In this document: positions 57,200-64,000 of the stretch, piece after piece
How the letters are laid out: the number at the start of each line of letters is the position of its first letter
Position numbering within the stretch: position 1 is the stretch's first letter
Program-made: the position numbers and the translations under genes
Notes under the pieces: model-generated
What the model saw: only the letters and a program-made list of their open reading frames with translations
What the model was told of the DNA's origin: nothing
The model's database searches: none
Source of the DNA: Nitrosopumilaceae archaeon
Lineage (GTDB): Archaea > Thermoproteota > Nitrososphaeria > Nitrososphaerales > Nitrosopumilaceae
Direction of reading: 5' to 3'
Length of the DNA stretch: 64,000 nucleotides
NCBI GenBank assembly: GCA_965209085.1
Contig: OZ242376.1
Coordinates: forward strand, 32,001 to 96,000

Positions 57200-59846
57200 C
57201 TATAATAGATCCGCCGTCAAATCTTGTTGTTGCATGTACATATGCTGACGTGGAACTAGTTGCATGCACTCCCGAATTATATTGGTTGATCTCTGGCGCA
57301 GGAGTCCCATGTGCATCAATACCAACACGTACTACAAATTCAACCATATCTCCAGCATTAACATCAACTTCCGTTATGAATCCTGCAGAGGCGGGCTGAT
57401 ATTCCAGACGTACTTGATGAATTGTATTAAATTTGGAAAATCCACCATTATCATAATACAGAGAAGGACTAAAAGATATTGTATCATATGTGGCATTTGA
57501 CATATCTGATACTATGCTTGCTATCCCCGCATTAGCCTTGTAAACCCGTTCAGTTTTTTCATGTTTGAAATTTTTATAGACATCAACTTCTGTTACCAAA
57601 GTGGAAATTTGTCCACGATTAAGCGCAGTTATTAGCTGGTCAGTATGTTCTGCAGCTAAATTGTTTATGTTACTAATTGATTCAGGCGGTGGGAAATAAT
57701 AGTTGTATCCAACTGATATAATTGATCTTACCGGAAAAATTCTCGTATAACTTCCATGCGCCTTTTCTAAATCTCCCGTATAGTTGGAATTCATTGTAAA
57801 AACTGCGCCTCCAGCTATGCCGTTTATGTTCGTTATTGCATACATTTTACCAGCATAAGGGGCTGTCACAAATACCGACGTACTAGCTTCAGCTATGACG
57901 GAAACTGCTGAATTATTTGCCCCATACTGTGAAATTGATGCCGTATTTTCATCTATGGGCACAATCTGAGTTGCTGTTGCAATGTGTGCCAGCTGGATAG
58001 TTACGTTTACCCCATCCATGGTTGCACGAATTTCTTTAGCGCCTGGTATTATAGGGATCATGACAGCTGAACCTGCTTCATAATTGGCATCAAGATAAGG
58101 AATAACCAACTGGTTTACCACTACATTTTCAATTGTAGTTGTAACAGGTAATGTCCACCGTACATATGCATGCGGCACATAGATCAATTTTCCATCTCTA
58201 GAAGGTGGAATATGTATTGCTTTTCCATTAATCGCATCTATCATCAGCGCATCAAATTCCCCAACATATCCTGCAGAATATGGATACATTCTGAGTATTC
58301 CTCCCGTAACATCATCTGTACCAAAGTCAACATCTACAACAGGCTGTAAAATGGATCCTACAGAATCCGTTATTGAAACAGCCGAAGTAAACCCATTTCT
58401 TTCTATACGATATGGCATATTTGGTGCAAGACCAGTTATTTTAAAATACGGTGACTTGGGAGTTGGCGTTTCTCCTTTGATCCGCACGCCTGCGAATGCG
58501 TCGTTGTTTATAACCGCAATGTTGGCAGAATATGGAATTGTGATCGTTGTTTCATAATATGTTTTATCCCCAAATGCACCCATACTGACATCTGGTTTAT
58601 TGGGTCCGAACGCCGTAGTTATTTCCCGTATGTATAACTGTGGTATGTAACTAGAACCATAACAATTTTTTATTTTTAGATGCCGAAATATTCCCTCATA
58701 ACCTATGTTGATCAACTCATCCCTGTTATGATATATTCTGTATCTGCCCAGCTCTTCGAATGTTTCACCGTCTGTATCTACATATACACACAGATACGCA
58801 GAATAACCATTGGCACGTGTTAGATCGATATTTATGGATTCAAGTATGCGATATGACAGAGTTTTAAAATCAAAATTTATTTCATCTTGATCAGATTTTA
58901 CGGTAGCATATGTTATTACATTTTCATCAAAAGCTGCGCTTAAATCCACTACATTATTTGACCGTACAGCGATATTTTCAGGGACACCAGAAACGCGTAA
59001 AACAGTTTGTACGGGAGCGGATAAACTGTTTGGACTCCCAGATATTTCTATAATCGAACCTTCTTGTATCGTGCCGCTTATCCGCACGGTTTTGTTGGCC
59101 AGATGCGGATCTAACTTTATTAGAAATTTACCGCCTCCATAAATCACCAAATGCTGATTATTATAACCTACATGATTACTGTCCGTATAACTTACACTGA
59201 CATATCTCAAAATATTTGGTGATAAATTATTTTTTCCAAGCTGTCCATTATAATAATACCATCCATCAAAAGTGGGAATGTCTATTACCCTGGTAGAATC
59301 TAATTTATCTAACACAAACGCATAATCGTCAGTTTGATAGGATGCAGAATACGGCCGTACGGTTCTTTCTACCCCGATTTGATTCCCATTGCCTGTTATG
59401 ATGCTACCCTTGGTGGCCATCTGTATTATACTCATATGTGTGCCCACGGATCCTGTTGGAACCGTATAATGAATTGAATTTTCTTCAGCTGTGAACACAT
59501 TACCTAGACTGGTAACAGCATAGACATTTTTTCCAGAATAATTCCCTGATATGATCACACTGTCAGCCGGATCCAATATTGTTTTGTATGCTTGTACCTG
59601 TTCTCCGCCGACACTATCAGTAGTTTTTATTGCTATGATATGGGAGGAAATTCCCCCATTGTTATGAATTATAATGCCACTGTCATTGATTAACATATTG
59701 AGATTTTCAGCTCCTTTTAGATTCTGAATTTCTGTGATCTCTTTTGAAGTCATAGCCAACTCCGTTCCCTCCATCATAAAACCTAGTATGGCCCCCACGG
59801 TAATCGTAGATATGACGGCTATACTGGTAACCACCAGTGGTATCAT
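57186..59846 (-). CDS. Giant pilin/FlaF-like surface protein with possible discoidin (F5/8C)-like domain
   Basis: N-terminal TM then E.L...I.NNGG...I......VYAVTSLGNVF pilin/FlaF-like domain; internal VYVDTDGETFEELG...RHLKI segment. Confidence 0.6.
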   Translation of the reverse strand: MIPLVVTSIAVISTITVGAILGFMMEGTELAMTSKEITEIQNLKGAENLNMLINDSGIIIHNNGGISSHIIAIKTTDSVGGEQVQAYKTILDPADSVIISGNYSGKNVYAVTSLGNVFTAEENSIHYTVPTGSVGTHMSIIQMATKGSIITGNGNQIGVERTVRPYSASYQTDDYAFVLDKLDSTRVIDIPTFDGWYYYNGQLGKNNLSPNILRYVSVSYTDSNHVGYNNQHLVIYGGGKFLIKLDPHLANKTVRISGTIQEGSIIEISGSPNSLSAPVQTVLRVSGVPENIAVRSNNVVDLSAAFDENVITYATVKSDQDEINFDFKTLSYRILESINIDLTRANGYSAYLCVYVDTDGETFEELGRYRIYHNRDELINIGYEGIFRHLKIKNCYGSSYIPQLYIREITTAFGPNKPDVSMGAFGDKTYYETTITIPYSANIAVINNDAFAGVRIKGETPTPKSPYFKITGLAPNMPYRIERNGFTSAVSITDSVGSILQPVVDVDFGTDDVTGGILRMYPYSAGYVGEFDALMIDAINGKAIHIPPSRDGKLIYVPHAYVRWTLPVTTTIENVVVNQLVIPYLDANYEAGSAVMIPIIPGAKEIRATMDGVNVTIQLAHIATATQIVPIDENTASISQYGANNSAVSVIAEASTSVFVTAPYAGKMYAITNINGIAGGAVFTMNSNYTGDLEKAHGSYTRIFPVRSIISVGYNYYFPPPESISNINNLAAEHTDQLITALNRGQISTLVTEVDVYKNFKHEKTERVYKANAGIASIVSDMSNATYDTISFSPSLYYDNGGFSKFNTIHQVRLEYQPASAGFITEVDVNAGDMVEFVVRVGIDAHGTPAPEINQYNSGVHATSSTSAYVHATTRFDGGSIIVGMS

Positions 59847-59868
59847 ATTATATAAAATAATATTGAAT

Positions 59869-60774
59869 TTAAGGAATTAATTCTGGTACATTGGAAACAT
59901 TCTTGACCATCTTTATGATGGCATCATATACAAGCGAAAACATACGCAATGTATCTGGATCAAATTCTATGTTCTCATTTAACGATGATTGTGAAGCATT
60001 TGTTGTAACAACGGAAGAATTGAAAATCAATTCATCTATATGTAAAAATTTATTGGATATATTATCTTGATTCTTTAATGCATCAAACGATGATTTCTCT
60101 GATATTCGTACAGTAAATCGATCACCAGAAGCAGGAGGATGACTTTTTGCATCAATCTGTATAGGAAATGGATATTTTTCTTGCACAACCATCTTTAATT
60201 CTGGATAACCTATCTCATATGTTGGCAAATCTGAACTTAGACGTTCTCTGACAAGCATTTCGGATCCAAATCCATAACGCAGAGGAGCACTACCCCAAGA
60301 TTTTCCAATCGAGAATGTCTTTGGATCGTATTCAGGAGCTAAAGAATATGGCCAAAAAAGCGTCCGTTCTAATGATTCGGCATATTTTCTGTTTATCGAA
60401 TAGGAGGATTTTGTCTCAAATGTGAGCGGATCAATATGTAATATGGCATTGTATATCTTTCCATCATGTTCTATCTTGGCTTGAACCATCCACATATTCC
60501 CATATGGTCCCTGTAACATCTCCTCAAAAGAAAACATAATGTCATAACAGGGATCATAGGATGCGTCAAAACGATATTCATAATCACATATGGTGTAGTA
60601 ATAGCCCGTGCGAGGTTCTAGACCAGATCCCAAAAACCATGGAGCAGAAGAATTCTGAGCCCAACTGTCATGTATAAAAATTGTAAAAATTAACATACTA
60701 AACATCACCGTTATCGGCATTAACATACCATACAAAATATTGTTTAATTTAAAGCCAAAAAACAAAAAAATCAT
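59869..60774 (-). CDS. Secreted hypothetical protein
   Basis: Hydrophobic N-terminus; W..G..L..G...YY.IC motif; start uncertain. Confidence 0.6.
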   Translation of the reverse strand: MIFLFFGFKLNNILYGMLMPITVMFSMLIFTIFIHDSWAQNSSAPWFLGSGLEPRTGYYYTICDYEYRFDASYDPCYDIMFSFEEMLQGPYGNMWMVQAKIEHDGKIYNAILHIDPLTFETKSSYSINRKYAESLERTLFWPYSLAPEYDPKTFSIGKSWGSAPLRYGFGSEMLVRERLSSDLPTYEIGYPELKMVVQEKYPFPIQIDAKSHPPASGDRFTVRISEKSSFDALKNQDNISNKFLHIDELIFNSSVVTTNASQSSLNENIEFDPDTLRMFSLVYDAIIKMVKNVSNVPELIP

Positions 60775-61104
60775 TCAAATTTCATCATTATGATTCATCT
60801 CTTTTGACCAATCCAAATTTGCTTTTGTTATTCTATCCATGGCGGATCTAGCGTTTTTTGCAATGGTAATTTGATATTTCCATCTTGAACCATCATGACT
60901 GTCCCAAACCACCATTATGTGATTTGAATTTACATACGTAATACTTTTAATATCTGACCAACGTGGCGAGAGAATCATTCCCTCTAATTTTGTTTTATAT
61001 ACGAGTCCAAAATTTGTTACGTGAAATACTGCATCAATCTTTGATTTGTCATAAAACGTCCATAACACTTTTTGACATTTTTTAATTTCTTTGGATCCGC
61101 ACAA
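60775..61104 (-). CDS. Small hypothetical protein, PH-like fold possible
   Basis: F.VTN.GL.Y......W.DI.SI pattern. Confidence 0.5.
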   Translation of the reverse strand: MCGSKEIKKCQKVLWTFYDKSKIDAVFHVTNFGLVYKTKLEGMILSPRWSDIKSITYVNSNHIMVVWDSHDGSRWKYQITIAKNARSAMDRITKANLDWSKEMNHNDEI

Positions 61105-61179
61105 TTTATCGCCACTATCATACAGTATTTTTAATATTCTTAAAGCCCAAGAATATAGAAATTAATTATCATTAGCCTT

Positions 61180-62478
61180 TTACCCAAACCTAGCTGATCC
61201 CCTTGATCTTTCACGTGTAGTATAATCACCACCTCTCTTACCCATATTTTTGTAGGCCATCATTCCTCTTTGTACGGCAAAACCACCAATATTCACCATG
61301 GCACTTGTGCCGGTTTGTACGGCAAAACCGCCCATATTCGTTAACGATCGGGAAAATGTATTCAATTGTGGAACTATGATCGTTGGCATGAATGCAACAA
61401 GCGCTAAAACCGTAATTGATACAAACCATGAATGTAAGGCACTAGGAGGTTTGCAATCTGGAGATGAATAAGGGCTCTCGCACGTAAAATCTGCTAGATA
61501 CGTAGAACCACCTGCAATTGCAAGGGCGGTAAACATGGGCAATAATAAAAGCGCCACGAGCATATCGCGTATTTTATCGGAAAGTTTTGTAAAAAACGGT
61601 ACGAGTCCAAGCATTTCAGTTATTGGAATTATAATCATAAAGACTCCGGTAAGAACAATTCTTCCGGTTCCTATCATAATCATTGAAACTATGATCATTA
61701 AAACAAACGCTCCACGAAAAAAGCTCAAGAAAACGTCTGTAAGTGTGTCAGATATGGATTGATTGTCAGGATGATGTGATGATTCTACAGGACATTTGTC
61801 TTCCCATGATAAATCGTTTGAAAATTCTAGATCTGCTTGTGTATCATCAGATAGAGTGTTTATAATCGTGTCCCATGGACTGTTTAAACCTGCAAAATGA
61901 TCTGGTTTTACACTGTCTATACATTCATAGCTAATACCAGAAACTTTGGAGAGTATGTATTCTGTATGTTCATACAAATATTCTGGACCACCAGGAGAAA
62001 TAATCCAATGAGATACACCTTCTACACTTGTAGCAGCTATATCCCATACATACGGAAAAAATGTAAAAAAGAATAACATAATCAAAGTTTTTGTAAATAT
62101 TCTATACCCTGTGCCGGAATTTAGAAAACTTGCCTTTTCAAAAACCAAAGATATGGCAGCCATGCCAATTCCCAATCCCATCAATCCGCCCCATACATTT
62201 CTAAGCTGTGAATATTTGGCAAATGCTGCATTACCTGTTTCCTGACCGTCCACCACTCTATAATCAAATCTTGGAATCTCAGTAGTCAGATAAATTATAG
62301 AATCACTAAGAAGATCGCTAAACTGTACCACCAATGATACCATTGCTCCGATGGCAACTACTGCGCCAATCATTATGAGTCCAATTGCAAACCCTCTACT
62401 TCTTTTTCGTACGGATTCAAATCCGTCAAATGTTCTTACGTTCAATATTACAAACAATTGTATATCTTTTAAAATCAT
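61180..62478 (-). CDS. VirB6/TrbL-like polytopic membrane protein
   Basis: 6-7 TM, large extracellular Cys-containing loop, R..L..V..I..P.......P segment, Gly/Ala-rich C-terminal tail. Confidence 0.6.
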   Translation of the reverse strand: MILKDIQLFVILNVRTFDGFESVRKRSRGFAIGLIMIGAVVAIGAMVSLVVQFSDLLSDSIIYLTTEIPRFDYRVVDGQETGNAAFAKYSQLRNVWGGLMGLGIGMAAISLVFEKASFLNSGTGYRIFTKTLIMLFFFTFFPYVWDIAATSVEGVSHWIISPGGPEYLYEHTEYILSKVSGISYECIDSVKPDHFAGLNSPWDTIINTLSDDTQADLEFSNDLSWEDKCPVESSHHPDNQSISDTLTDVFLSFFRGAFVLMIIVSMIMIGTGRIVLTGVFMIIIPITEMLGLVPFFTKLSDKIRDMLVALLLLPMFTALAIAGGSTYLADFTCESPYSSPDCKPPSALHSWFVSITVLALVAFMPTIIVPQLNTFSRSLTNMGGFAVQTGTSAMVNIGGFAVQRGMMAYKNMGKRGGDYTTRERSRGSARFG

Positions 62479-63992
62479 AAATTAACGGGGTAATATGGCT
62501 CTGCCCAGATTGCTATGAATGTAATTATGGATATGATCGCTAGATTTGATGTATGTGCCATACCAAAATTTACAATCTTGTTCATAAGTAATCCTAGTCC
62601 TAACGAACTTAGGGCTATAGTGGTGTTAATCAAACCTAGAAATTCTGGGGATGCTGAAAGTACATCAAATGGCAGATAATTTGTCCCTATACCATTTGAC
62701 ATAGTATTAGTCTCAAACCATCCCTTTAACATCTTGGATATGTATACCATAATGAACGGATTTACATACGCTAATATCCAAAATGTTTGCAAAGCTGTAG
62801 ATAATTCTTGTCGGGCATTCCTCATCTTGATCATATATCCTGTAAGTATCTCAAGAGATTGTGCATTTACATTGCCTGCCGTTTCCATTTTCCCTAACAT
62901 AAAAAATGTCATACGGCCAAGCCACGATCGCATTTTAATCGTTTTTACCGATTTATCATTATAATGATGCAAACAATTGGAAAGTGGAACTCCAAAATGT
63001 AACTGCGAAGCAATGTGTGCAATTTTTTGATCAAATATACGATTGTATTTACGGTTCTTGGCAAGTCTGTGTATTGATACACTGATGGGATTTCCAACCT
63101 TTCTTGACTCTGTAATATCCCGTAAAAAATCTCCCAATACCATATTGGTATTTTTTACATCCGAAGATGCCTTAAAAGTCAATACCGTATTTGTAATTGC
63201 AAGAAATGACATACCAAGTGTCATTGCAGCCCATGATTGTTCCAAAACAAAATATCCAAATACAACTCCAATTATTCCTGCGGGCAATGAAAATAAATTA
63301 AATTTCACATCATCTGCAAATTTGGGCTGCGCTGTATCAATCATGACGTATATCATAACACCTACAACTGGCAGCATGATGAACATTAATGTAGTAAGTG
63401 TTGAAAGTGTATCTGCGGTCATAATGAACATACCTGCTACAAGGAATATGGGGAGCATGGAAAATATAGCATTTGCTAGCATGGCCAAATTTTTTGCACG
63501 TTCTTCATACCCACTAAATCTGAATTTTAACTGGGAGAACAAATCCTCGGTCATTTTTTCTAGATAATTTACAAGATCCCCTCCATCTTTGTATATTGAT
63601 ACATAGCCTACGAACAGATTGCGCAACATTTGATTTGGGTGTTCAAGTGCTCTTTTATTGACTACATCTAGGGGATTTTCTGGAAAAAATTCTACATCCC
63701 GAGATATCAGGTCTGCTTCTTTTTCCATGTATGGCAGAAGATTTAATCCACGTATTCCTGATATTATATCCACCAACGATCCTCCGATTGTTTGTAATAT
63801 CCATGCGTATATGGCAAAAAATGCCACCTCGTCACCGATCTTTGCCTTACGTTCGGAAATTAACACCATTAATCTGATCTTTGGCCATATCAAAATAACA
63901 GGAATTATGGCAATTATCAGTAGTAATATCGGCTGTTCAAAATAAATCCATAACAGAATTACTATAGGCACACCTAGTGCAAAAAACAACAT
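62475..63992 (-). CDS. Type II secretion F / TadC-FlaJ pilus platform protein (frame open to window edge)
   Basis: Two T2SSF-like repeats: HP...LR.L..GY......GGDL..YL and DFLRD..E....G..I...I, each followed by TMs. Confidence 0.85.
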   Translation of the reverse strand: MLFFALGVPIVILLWIYFEQPILLLIIAIIPVILIWPKIRLMVLISERKAKIGDEVAFFAIYAWILQTIGGSLVDIISGIRGLNLLPYMEKEADLISRDVEFFPENPLDVVNKRALEHPNQMLRNLFVGYVSIYKDGGDLVNYLEKMTEDLFSQLKFRFSGYEERAKNLAMLANAIFSMLPIFLVAGMFIMTADTLSTLTTLMFIMLPVVGVMIYVMIDTAQPKFADDVKFNLFSLPAGIIGVVFGYFVLEQSWAAMTLGMSFLAITNTVLTFKASSDVKNTNMVLGDFLRDITESRKVGNPISVSIHRLAKNRKYNRIFDQKIAHIASQLHFGVPLSNCLHHYNDKSVKTIKMRSWLGRMTFFMLGKMETAGNVNAQSLEILTGYMIKMRNARQELSTALQTFWILAYVNPFIMVYISKMLKGWFETNTMSNGIGTNYLPFDVLSASPEFLGLINTTIALSSLGLGLLMNKIVNFGMAHTSNLAIISIITFIAIWAEPYYPVNL

Positions 63993-64000
63993 GGTTCTTC

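Overview
Archaeal chromosome segment, most consistent with an ammonia-oxidising Nitrososphaerota (Thaumarchaeota, Nitrosopumilaceae-like) genome. The basis is TFB, PCNA, RpoL/TFS, PolD DP1, Orc1/Cdc6, a CdvB/Snf7 paralog, Csl4, class I CCA enzyme and thaumarchaeal 'P.W....GWW..G.I.D.EF' C-terminal surface motifs. Positions 1-50.6 kb are dense housekeeping DNA: pstSCAB-phoU, tyrS, cobJ, lysC, thrB/thrC, hisBHAFI, queC/queE/folE, folP/mptE, guaA/guaB and tRNA-Pro(GGG). From ~50.6 kb the DNA is visibly more AT-rich. It carries polD1, cdc6, a candidate oriC with ORB-like repeats and mirror-image promoters, and then an accessory minus-strand cluster that runs off the window end (TadC/FlaJ-type pilus platform, VirB6/TrbL-like membrane protein, a giant pilin-like adhesin and a large surface protein). 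Features not in the ORF track: an apparently stand-alone small transcription unit (9-codon ORF MSKVIILIA plus a multi-stem RNA), an 81-bp MITE with an 8-bp TSD, an IS66 transposase remnant, a frameshifted alkA and several short genes. All calls come from reading the sequence by eye; no database searches or computations were run.
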